From positions 1 to 53,138 of IMG/VR virus record IMGVR_UViG_3300032753_000038: a stretch of 53,138 nt of DNA. One strand, 5' to 3'. The notes beneath the pieces are model-generated. The model saw nothing but the letters and a program-made list of their open reading frames with translations. It was not told the origin of the DNA and made no database searches. A program made the translations under genes and the position numbers. Positions 1 to 7,841 of the stretch are shown one piece after another (positions within the stretch are counted from its first letter, which is position 1; each line of letters begins with the position of its first letter). This DNA comes from a virus (Duplodnaviria; Caudoviricetes).

Positions 1-109
1 TCATGTAGAAACCAAGTATTTTACCAGGTACTTCTAGAACAGCATTACCTAACCATTTGACAGCATCCCATATACCTTTACCTATAGTCATGTAGAAACC
101 AAGTATTTT
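1..109. repeat. 22-nt direct repeat with an 87-nt period inside the tape-measure gene
   Basis: TCATGTAGAAACCAAGTATTTT at 1-22 and 88-109, encoding KILGFYM twice. Confidence 0.9.
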
Positions 110-2461
110 CTTTGGTACAAAAAGAACTATATTTGTTAATTTAGATACACCATCCCAAATAGAACTAGCAATATCACCAAGACCTCCAACCATATCAGAC
201 CCTATGTCGGCTATCTCTGTCCAATTTTCAAAAATTCCATATGCTGCACCTAGTGCTCCTCCAACGCCTGCACCAACTGGTCCTAAGATAGCGCCCGTCA
301 TTGCACCTTGCAATGCGCTAGATCCTATACCAGTAACCGCTGCTAATTTTTCATGACCTGATTCTTTTAAACTGTCAGTCACATGGTCTAGTATCAAACC
401 TCCAACTAACCCGCCAATGCCTTTTGAGAGCCCTTTACCAACAGTAGCTATATTCTTTAGAGAAAATATGTTCTTCAGCATACCTTCTCCAAATTTTGGC
501 ATCTGTAAAGAGCTAGGCATCTTAGGCATGCTGAGACTTTTCATAGTGAGCGGGGATTTTAAGAATGATGTTGATCCCGTAATACCTGTTTTTAATAAAG
601 GCAATGTGTTAGCCAATAGCCCAAAGATAGATGTTACATTTTTTATGCCTTTTGCTAGTAAATAAAAACCCCCTACTACCATTGCATTGGCAGCTACAAA
701 CTTTATTATTGATCCTGTGCCGCCAATAATAGATTTACTAAAATCTGGTAAAGCATTGTATAACGAAGTAAACCAACCTGATATTGTTTTCACTATTGAA
801 AGTTCAGAGAACCATTCAAATACATCTTTTATTCCAGTTCCTAAACTAGAGAATATATTTTCAACTATTTCAATACCGCTACCTAATAACTCAAAATCCC
901 AAGCTAAAGTATTAATTACTGGTATCACAATAGGATCTATTACGTCTACAACTAAATTCATAAATGTTTCTTCAAGCCGTGTCATAGATGTGTTGAGTCT
1001 ATCGCTTACAGCTTTTGCATTTTTTACTCTAGATTTGGCATCATTCTCTTCTTTCTTTCTAAGAATTCTAGCAGCTAGACTAGCATCGGTAATATCCAAA
1101 TGGCTTTTCATATATGCATCAACAGCAGCTTTGTTGGCAGTCAAGTATTCTTTATCTGATTCTTCGTCCTTTTGTCGTCTTTCTTCTATACTTGCTTGAG
1201 TTTTATCGAATTCGGTCTCAAATTCTCTAACTACATTTGCAGTATCTTTATATGAACTCACTTGACTACTTCCAAGCATATTCATCAATGCTCTACTATT
1301 ATCTAATGATTTTCCAAATGCTGTAACGCTTTTAGTAACACCTACACCAGTTTTCATAGACTGGAATAACTGCATCATAGCTGAATTTATTTCAGGTGAC
1401 ATTGCAGCCATGTTCTTAAAGTTTTCATCTAATCCTGCAACTCCAAGATTTAAATATCCAGCAAAATTTTTAGCTATTCTAGTAGATAATTCAGGTCCAA
1501 ACATTCCTGCTATTTGAGGTTGCACATTTTTAAAAATATCAGATAGCCCAAATTGCTTCATTGTTTGATTAATATCTGGCATTTGCATCACATCTTTAGT
1601 AGACTTAACTATCTCTTCTCTAGATCTACCAGTTAATTCTACAATAGAGTTGACATTTTTATAAAATTCAGTTGCTGATCTTGATACATCATTGGCGCTC
1701 ATCCTTTGTAGGGCCCCTGATTGACGTTGAATATCAATATATTCCATTAATGCATCAGCTGCTTCAGCTTGTGTCATCATTAGATCTGCACCACTGCGTG
1801 TCATGTTATTGAAACTTTTTTGTACCTTAGCAAGACCTGTACTTCCAAAAGCTGCGAAACTCTGACTGTGCTTGTTCATAATTGCAGTGAAATCGTTGAT
1901 GCTCAGCCCACTTTCGCCAACCATAGCATTCATTTGCTTGAGGCCGCCTGAATAAACAACACCACTCTTATAGCTTTCAATATAAGTGTCTGTGAGCGTC
2001 ATAGCTTCTTTATAAAGACCACCAAATGCCCCAATAACTAATCCTATCTCAGGTAACAATGTAGTAAATGAAAGTTCTAAACCTTTAGTAGCATAATGAA
2101 ATAGATTAACGCCGCTGACTATTCCTCCTATTATAGAATGAGGATCACCAGCAGAAAATGACGACCTCAAAGTAGAACCAAAAGAACCTACACCTTTTAT
2201 TATATCTAAGCTATTCTTATTGAGGGTACCTAATAATTTACTTAGAAGAGCCCTAGTTTCACTATTTTCAGAACTTGTATCTGATACTACCGTTCGTATG
2301 CCATCATTAAGTTCTCTAAGTTCGTCCTGCGTTAATTTAGTTTCAGTAGCAATAGATTTTAATGCTATTGCGGATTTGGTAGCTTCGCTAGTTAATCTAT
2401 TCAGGGTAACTTCTTGTGCCCACGTCTTAGACTGATCAAAATCTATCTTAGTTTCTGCCAT
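1..2461 (-). CDS. Tail tape-measure protein, partial (runs off the left edge)
   Basis: ATG at 2461 reads MAETKIDFDQSKTWAQEVTLNRL. The same frame is open at the left edge (KWLGNAVLEVPGKILGFYM); I spot-checked it rather than translating every codon. Helical Ala/Gly/Leu-rich sequence with an 87-nt (29-aa) repeat. It sits divergent from baseplate hub genes. It is missing from the ORF track because it is incomplete. Confidence 0.75.
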   Translation of the reverse strand, partial: MAETKIDFDQSKTWAQEVTLNRLTSEATKSAIALKSIATETKLTQDELRELNDGIRTVVSDTSSENSETRALLSKLLGTLNKNSLDIIKGVGSFGSTLRSSFSAGDPHSIIGGIVSGVNLFHYATKGLELSFTTLLPEIGLVIGAFGGLYKEAMTLTDTYIESYKSGVVYSGGLKQMNAMVGESGLSINDFTAIMNKHSQSFAAFGSTGLAKVQKSFNNMTRSGADLMMTQAEAADALMEYIDIQRQSGALQRMSANDVSRSATEFYKNVNSIVELTGRSREEIVKSTKDVMQMPDINQTMKQFGLSDIFKNVQPQIAGMFGPELSTRIAKNFAGYLNLGVAGLDENFKNMAAMSPEINSAMMQLFQSMKTGVGVTKSVTAFGKSLDNSRALMNMLGSSQVSSYKDTANVVREFETEFDKTQASIEERRQKDEESDKEYLTANKAAVDAYMKSHLDITDASLAARILRKKEENDAKSRVKNAKAVSDRLNTSMTRLEETFMNLVVDVIDPIVIPVINTLAWDFELLGSGIEIVENIFSSLGTGIKDVFEWFSELSIVKTISGWFTSLYNALPDFSKSIIGGTGSIIKFVAANAMVVGGFYLLAKGIKNVTSIFGLLANTLPLLKTGITGSTSFLKSPLTMKSLSMPKMPSSLQMPKFGEGMLKNIFSLKNIATVGKGLSKGIGGLVGGLILDHVTDSLKESGHEKLAAVTGIGSSALQGAMTGAILGPVGAGVGGALGAAYGIFENWTEIADIGSDMVGGLGDIASSIWDGVSKLTNIVLFVPKKILGFYMTIGKGIWDAVKWLGNAVLEVPGKILGFYM

Positions 2462-2502
2462 CTATTTCCACCAATGCTTATCAAACCAGTAATTTTTGAG
2501 GT

Positions 2503-2508
2503 TAAATA
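2503..2508 (+). promoter_or_regulatory. Putative late promoter core (TAAATA) for the gp26-like gene
   Basis: Matches the core of the T4 late promoter TATAAATA, about 50 nt upstream of the ATG at 2557. Confidence 0.5.
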
Positions 2509-2536
2509 CATTTAGAACCGCAATCACTGTTCAGAT

Positions 2537-2544
2537 TATTTATA
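2537..2544 (-). promoter_or_regulatory. T4-type late promoter TATAAATA for the tape-measure gene
   Basis: Plus-strand TATTTATA is an exact TATAAATA on the minus strand, upstream of the ATG at 2461. Confidence 0.65.
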
Positions 2545-2556
2545 GGAGCTATAAAC

Positions 2557-3408
2557 ATGAGTGATAATCCTCTCAAGAGGTACTTCAGACAGCCAAGTAC
2601 GTATCTAAGGTTACCTACCTTAGGTCGTTGGTATAACAAAAATGATGTACAAACTAACGAAGAAGGTGAGTTACCTGTCTATGGGCTGAGTGCGATAGAT
2701 GATATTATGCTTAATACTCCGGATGCTATGCTAAATGGTAAAGCATTAGAAAACGTTATTAAAAACTGTGTACCCGACGTAAAAGATGTTAAGAAACTGC
2801 TAACACCAGATATGGAAGCTATATTTGTTGGCATAAAGATGGGTACTACAGGTGGCAAGTTTGATATCGATCGCAAATGTCCTCATTGCGGCCATGAGAA
2901 TACTTTTGAAATCATTTGTTCACACGTACTAGATACAATGTCATACGTTGAAGATTCGGATACTGTAGTGGCATTTGATGCAGATTTAGAAGTACATATA
3001 AAGCCATACAGTTTTGAAATGCGTCACATGTTTATTCAGCGTCAGTTTGAAGAAGAACGTGCATTAAAGCTTATAGATGAACAGAATAAGAATATGGACG
3101 AGTTAACCAAAGCTAAGATCATAGCTGAAAGCATAGAAAAGATGACTCGCATAACATTTGAGCTAGTCAGTCGAAGTATAGAAAATATTAGATTGATAAA
3201 ACAAAACATAACTGTAACAGATCCCGCACAGTTAAATGAATGGTTAGTAAATATCACAAAGAATCAAGCAGACAAAGTAATAGAAGCTGTTAATAAGCTT
3301 AATGAAGTAGGAGTTAACAAGAAAACTCAAGCTGTCTGTCAAAAATGTGGTAAAGATTGGGAAGAAACTATGAGTTTTGATCCAATAAGTTTTTTCGGCA
3401 AACGTTGA
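2557..3408 (+). CDS. Baseplate hub assembly protein, T4 gp26-like
   Basis: NPLKRYFRQPSTYLRLPT N-terminus, D..MLNTPDAMLNG motif, two CxxC pairs (CPHC, CQKC), C-terminal SFFG. AGGAG Shine-Dalgarno. Next to the tape-measure gene. Confidence 0.75.
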   Translation: MSDNPLKRYFRQPSTYLRLPTLGRWYNKNDVQTNEEGELPVYGLSAIDDIMLNTPDAMLNGKALENVIKNCVPDVKDVKKLLTPDMEAIFVGIKMGTTGGKFDIDRKCPHCGHENTFEIICSHVLDTMSYVEDSDTVVAFDADLEVHIKPYSFEMRHMFIQRQFEEERALKLIDEQNKNMDELTKAKIIAESIEKMTRITFELVSRSIENIRLIKQNITVTDPAQLNEWLVNITKNQADKVIEAVNKLNEVGVNKKTQAVCQKCGKDWEETMSFDPISFFGKR

Positions 3409-3629
3409 TGACCTTAGATCCTGTTTTGATACAAAATATGCTTGATGTGATGGATCGAAACAGGAAGATCATCAACGAGGACATAGCTACATTGGTATAT
3501 TACATGAACGGTGGTCTCGATTATAATGATGCTTGGCTTCTAACTGTTGATCAACGCAAACAAATGGCTAACATCATAGAGAAACATTTTGAAAATATGA
3601 ACGGTAGTAAGAATACTAGACTGATTTAA
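3405..3629 (+). CDS. Baseplate hub assembly chaperone, T4 gp51-like
   Basis: 74 aa overlapping the gp26-like stop. LVYYMNGGLDYNDAWLLTVDQR resembles the gp51-type motif, and the gene order matches gp26-gp51. Confidence 0.6.
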   Translation: MMTLDPVLIQNMLDVMDRNRKIINEDIATLVYYMNGGLDYNDAWLLTVDQRKQMANIIEKHFENMNGSKNTRLI

Positions 3630-3686
3630 TTTTTAGTCAGAACTATAAGATTTAAAAGTTTTTCAATATTTTTATTTTGATTTGTG

Positions 3687-3770
3687 TGATGAGTGCTTTT
3701 AGCACTCATCAGTTAATTGATTCATTTTCAACTCGTTATCACTCGTTTCAATTCATCAATTAACTTTTTT
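3687..3770. terminator. Two adjacent hairpins followed by a T-run: terminator and/or 3' end of the minus-strand RNA
   Basis: 11-bp stems at 3687-3697/3701-3711 and 3711-3721/3755-3765, then TTTTTT. Confidence 0.5.
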
Positions 3771-4260
3771 CTTACAACTTGTTTTATTGATTATTCTGAA
3801 AGATCTGCGGTCATACGACTCCCCTTGCGGGGAGTATGAACTAAAGATCATTCTGATGAGTCTTTGGGTCATGCCGCGACACCTCAGCATTTGCATGCAA
3901 GCTGGCGGAACGCCTATTTCCAGCTGATCAAGTGTTACACTCAGGGGATCTAACCCCTACGTTCGGTCACGGATTGATTACCGCACTGCACAATCGTCGC
4001 ACGGCATTACACGGCAATTGTGTATTGTAGACGTCAAGAAATGACTATCTACAATCCTTTCTTCTGTTTTTCTGGACTAGGGCGGTACAGATTATTATCC
4101 CTAGCGTGAGTGTGATAACCTGTTCGTTATCCTTTCACGGGTAGTAACTTACTACCATATTTGAGCCAGTATGAAGTAGTCTTTGATTCTATAATAAAGG
4201 GGAAATTTAAAAGCCTCGTATGGTGCCTAATACTGTGTGTTTAGCCTAAGTGTATTATAG
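3690..4260 (-). ncRNA. Candidate large, multi-helix non-coding RNA
   Basis: No ORF in the track. More GC-rich than its flanks, with about ten consecutive stems. The stem at 3818-3835 closes a GCAA (GNRA) tetraloop on the minus strand. Boundaries are approximate. Confidence 0.65.
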
Positions 4261-4265
4261 ATCCC

Positions 4266-4562
4266 TCAAATTGAGAGATAACTGTTTATGATGTCTTCTA
4301 GTCTTTCACTGGGTTCGCTCAGCATGCGCAGGCTTACATCTTGCCATAGCTTCTGCCTCTGCTCATCAGTAATATTACTATATGTTTCTGAGACATAATT
4401 GTCAAATAATTCTCTCATACTTACGCAAGAACTTGCAGGAGTACCTATATGAAAATCAGGTATCTTCCTTGCTGCTTGAAAACTAGATCGACCTTTTGTT
4501 GCTGCCTTTGGCACACTTGGCTTAGCCTCTTGCGGGAAGAATTTCTTAACTTTTTGTTCCAT
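4266..4562 (-). CDS. Hypothetical protein (98 aa; basic N-half, helical acidic C-half)
   Basis: ATG start with a purine-rich upstream sequence (AGAGAGAAG). Co-oriented with its neighbours. No recognised motif. Confidence 0.55.
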   Translation of the reverse strand: MEQKVKKFFPQEAKPSVPKAATKGRSSFQAARKIPDFHIGTPASSCVSMRELFDNYVSETYSNITDEQRQKLWQDVSLRMLSEPSERLEDIINSYLSI

Positions 4563-4640
4563 GATGTTTGACTTCTCTCTGCGTTTACTATAAAATAATG
4601 ATGTTGATGCTTTGAGCCGGCATTAACGTTGTAGCCTTGG

Positions 4641-4667
4641 ACCGGAACTGCGCCTAACAGTTCCGGT
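4641..4667. repeat. Perfect 10-bp inverted repeat just after the TnpB-like stop codon
   Basis: ACCGGAACTG-7 nt-CAGTTCCGGT. The T-run lies on the plus-strand 3' side. Confidence 0.85.
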
Positions 4668-4673
4668 TTTTTC

Positions 4674-5489
4674 TTATGCTGCACGTCGCTTGATTCTTTT
4701 AGTTGAAGTGTTTGTCATTTCAACTAGATCCAAAAGATAACGACCTGATCCTTCCTTTACAGTTACTAACCACGGTGTATTTTCGTCGGGTATCATACCT
4801 GGCTTCTGCCTAATAATGATATGATCGTGAGGTTGCTTGGTTAGATCGTGTCCTTCTACTGTTATGGATATAGAAGAATACGGTATCTTGATCACAGTAG
4901 ACCTATTCTGTTGATCATATGATATATCCGTTAGATCCTTAGATAATTGCAAATGTCTCTTATGCAGATTATCAAACGGTTGTAACATCTGCAACGGAGA
5001 TCTCATTTGTCCAGTAGAACTTTCGTCAGCATCTGCTATCTGTTTAGCTTGGGGCTGTACCCAACGCAAAACTTCAGCGGCTATTGATCTGCGAACAAGC
5101 AGATGCAAAATAGCTTTGGATGCAGCAATATCAATCAACATCATGGTTCTATCATTGATTAACAGCTTCTTACCGTCAGTAATCGTGTCTCTATACAGTC
5201 TCAATGGTTCTGGCCACTCAGATGCATCTTTTACAATTAATGTACGTAGATCGCAGCTAGTTTGTGCTACAGCTAGCCAAATTCTCTCCATCTGATCTTT
5301 GATTCCATCAATCTCCTTGCAGAGTACTCGAATCTTACTGTTGAATCCGGTTACCAAACTGTTATAATATTTCAATTCCTGCTGCATGTATCCATGTAGA
5401 TACCTTTTGGTATTATTGTCTAGATTGATACGATATGAACGCTCCCAATTCTTATGAGAGTTTAAATGACCTTGATCATTTTTGAACAT
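4674..5489 (-). CDS. Hypothetical protein resembling the TnpB/Cas12 N-terminal WED+REC region, with no RuvC or zinc finger
   Basis: N-terminal RSYRINLDNNTKRYLHGYMQQELKYYNSLV parallels the TnpB strand-helix ending in ..RFVYN. C-terminal VIKIPYSSISITVEG...HIIIRQ...WLVTV parallels the TnpB WED strands. The ORF ends before any RuvC-I GxDxG motif. The ORF is solid; the family call is by eye. Confidence 0.5.
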   Translation of the reverse strand: MFKNDQGHLNSHKNWERSYRINLDNNTKRYLHGYMQQELKYYNSLVTGFNSKIRVLCKEIDGIKDQMERIWLAVAQTSCDLRTLIVKDASEWPEPLRLYRDTITDGKKLLINDRTMMLIDIAASKAILHLLVRRSIAAEVLRWVQPQAKQIADADESSTGQMRSPLQMLQPFDNLHKRHLQLSKDLTDISYDQQNRSTVIKIPYSSISITVEGHDLTKQPHDHIIIRQKPGMIPDENTPWLVTVKEGSGRYLLDLVEMTNTSTKRIKRRAA

Positions 5490-5519
5490 CTAGCTTAACT
5501 CCTATCGAACATAGTCTTA

Positions 5520-5549
5520 TGTATAGCGCATTTATATAATATGTGTCAA
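5520..5549 (-). promoter_or_regulatory. Possible sigma70-type promoter for the TnpB-like gene
   Basis: TTGACA (5549-5544), 18 nt, TATACA (5525-5520). Confidence 0.4.
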
Positions 5550-6064
5550 GGTATCGATTTACCAAAGAAATGATCTTCCGGTAATCCTAACCAATCCTTT
5601 AGTTGATATATGTAATAATTTTTGTAACGAGCACAGTTAACACCGTCTATAGGTTCTGATAAGAACACTATCTCATCTACATTATTGTATTTCACTATCA
5701 ACACCATCTTTTTCTTGCTGGAATCTGCATCCTGTGCAGCTTGTTTCAACCAACTGTCCCATTGCGCAACAGAATGCGTTATAACTGATTTAAAGCTTGG
5801 TGGTGCTTTATAATGTTTACACTCTACGCTATAGGTAAAATTTCGAGGACAAATTAGATCTCCAAATACAGCATAATCCATGCTATATGATTCTGTTCGA
5901 ATTTGGTTGGTTCCGCCAAAGAAGGAACCACTATCTGGGTTCCTTCTAAATGAATTCTTGATACCTAATTTGTCTTGGAATCTATCACTCAATAGATTGG
6001 CTATCTTTCTTTCAAAAGTAGAACCTTTGTTTTTTCCATTCACACCCATGATAGTAGTTATCAC
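5546..6064 (-). CDS. Holliday junction resolvase, Hjc-like PD-(D/E)xK nuclease
   Basis: KNKGSTFERKIA, RNPDSG, GDL and VECK motifs. Directly downstream of gp46. Confidence 0.75.
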   Translation of the reverse strand: MITTIMGVNGKNKGSTFERKIANLLSDRFQDKLGIKNSFRRNPDSGSFFGGTNQIRTESYSMDYAVFGDLICPRNFTYSVECKHYKAPPSFKSVITHSVAQWDSWLKQAAQDADSSKKKMVLIVKYNNVDEIVFLSEPIDGVNCARYKNYYIYQLKDWLGLPEDHFFGKSIP

Positions 6065-7839
6065 TATAATGATTCATATGAATCACTAAACGTAGTGAAT
6101 CCACTTTCTTTTATAACCATAAGTACGTTGGAAACTCTATTCACTAGCTCCTCTCGATGTGATATCACAAACACGTTCTTGTTGCGTTCTCGTTCCATCT
6201 TCTTGAGCAACCCTATAGCTCCTTCTAACCCTGCTGGATCCATACCATTATCCAATAGCTCGTCTACAAATATTAGATCTATAGCAGTGTTGGTAGTTTC
6301 AAATATATCTCTGAAACTGAGACTCAATCCAAGTATCAATCTAGTACGCTCGCCTCTTGACAAGTTGTTGAAATCTAGATCTTGTCCCATAAAGGTAATT
6401 TCTGTAGTTAAATCATTTAGGAATTTGACTACGTGAGGCAGTCCAAGTTTGTCTAGATATTCTGCCAATCTCTTGTTGAGATAAGCTAGATTTTGATCAA
6501 CAATGCGTTTGCGGATGAAACTATCTTTGCTGGTCAACAACTTCAACAAGAATTCCTGATTTTCACGATCCTTAACCAATTGGTTTAGAACATCATAACT
6601 GACTTCCTGTAAAGTATCAGATAGTGTGTTAGCTTGCTCAACATATGGATTTGTAGATGATAATTCTTTATCAAGATCCTTGCGCAGTTGATCCAAAGTG
6701 TTTTTATGCTCTAGTGCTTCTTTGAGAGTTGGATAAAACACATTTGGTTTGCTCATGCTGTTGAATACAGGAAGCATATCATTAAGTTGTGCAGTTAGCT
6801 CTTCAAGTTCTGCCTTTTCAGCATTTACTTGAGAATCTAAATTGGCTATACGACTTTCTAAATCCTGCATGATATTCACATGCTTGTGATCTTTGATGCC
6901 TTGCCCACACATTGGACACGACTTGTCGCCTGCAGTCTTGTACTGCTTTAATAGGCTATCTAGTTGTGTATCTAACTGAGATACATGTCTAGTTTTGGTC
7001 TGTATTTCTCTATTGAACTGTGCGATGCCTGTGCTGAGTTCCTTGTATGTTTCAGCATTGCTGTGCGCAGCTAACTCTGTATCAATGTCAAGCTTTTCTA
7101 ACTGCTCAATTGCAGCTTCAATTGTAGCTATCTCTCGTACTCGATTATTATCCCAGTTCTCAACCTTGCGTTGAAACTCTTGTATAGTGTTTTGTATCTT
7201 CTCGTTAGAAGTCTTAACAGTTCGTATGCGGAATTCTTCACGCTCAATTTCAATTTTAGTAGTTTTGATCAATTCTTTTAGATTGTCAGCTTTCTTACTG
7301 AGATGAGTGATACCCAGCAACTCTTCTATGAGTTCTCGTTGTTTAGAAGCGCCTAGATCTAAAAATGGTTCTGTATAGGTATTCAGTGCTACTATATGTT
7401 TGAACAGGCTGTGGCTGAGACCAAATAGTCTTTCAATCTCAGCTTGTGTGTCTTTGTTTTCGCCTTGGGCTTCGTCAGTGTCTTGGCTTTTGACATGTTC
7501 GTCGTCTACTATATAACGAAAGAAGTTAGGCTTGCGACCACGTTCAATTCGATAGTTATGTCCGTTAACTTCAAACTCAATACTCACACTCATATTCTTC
7601 TGGTTTATCTTGTTAACTAGATTGTCCTTCTTGATGTTGGTAAGAGGGACACCATATAGTCCATAGCTTATGGCATTCAATATGGTTGACTTACCGACGC
7701 CATTGCGAGATCCATTTCCTCCCATATCTAGGTTATCGCCTAGTACTAGAGTCAATCCAGTTTTTTCTAAGTTGATGCTTTGTGTTACTGCACCAACACT
7801 CATAAAGTTCTTACAGGTTAAAGTTTTGATTTTTAACAT
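6064..7839 (-). CDS. Recombination exonuclease ATPase subunit (T4 gp46 / SbcC / Rad50-like)
   Basis: Walker A NGVGKS, coiled coil with a CPMC zinc hook, signature LSRGE, Walker B LIFVDE, ISH switch. Confidence 0.95.
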   Translation of the reverse strand: MLKIKTLTCKNFMSVGAVTQSINLEKTGLTLVLGDNLDMGGNGSRNGVGKSTILNAISYGLYGVPLTNIKKDNLVNKINQKNMSVSIEFEVNGHNYRIERGRKPNFFRYIVDDEHVKSQDTDEAQGENKDTQAEIERLFGLSHSLFKHIVALNTYTEPFLDLGASKQRELIEELLGITHLSKKADNLKELIKTTKIEIEREEFRIRTVKTSNEKIQNTIQEFQRKVENWDNNRVREIATIEAAIEQLEKLDIDTELAAHSNAETYKELSTGIAQFNREIQTKTRHVSQLDTQLDSLLKQYKTAGDKSCPMCGQGIKDHKHVNIMQDLESRIANLDSQVNAEKAELEELTAQLNDMLPVFNSMSKPNVFYPTLKEALEHKNTLDQLRKDLDKELSSTNPYVEQANTLSDTLQEVSYDVLNQLVKDRENQEFLLKLLTSKDSFIRKRIVDQNLAYLNKRLAEYLDKLGLPHVVKFLNDLTTEITFMGQDLDFNNLSRGERTRLILGLSLSFRDIFETTNTAIDLIFVDELLDNGMDPAGLEGAIGLLKKMERERNKNVFVISHREELVNRVSNVLMVIKESGFTTFSDSYESL

Positions 7840-7841
7840 TA

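Noticed and set aside
417-2435. Plus-strand ORFs 417-665, 687-1199 and 2220-2435
   Set aside because: They are antisense shadows of the minus-strand tape-measure frame and have no motifs of their own.
3687-3870. Hammerhead-like CTGATGAG cores (plus strand near 3853, minus strand near 3713)
   Set aside because: Neither is followed by stem II plus GAAA, so the catalytic core is incomplete.
3690-4260. Group I or group II intron reading of the structured region
   Set aside because: The flanking genes are convergent and complete, so no exon is interrupted. I could not identify P7 or domain V motifs by eye.
4445-4684. 79-aa minus-strand ORF
   Set aside because: It overlaps both neighbours, runs through the hairpin and has no SD or motif, so it is probably spurious.
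4674-5489. Active IS200/IS605 or IS607 element, or a Cas12 CRISPR effector
   Set aside because: There is no TnpA, no RuvC catalytic residues and no repeat-spacer array anywhere in the window.
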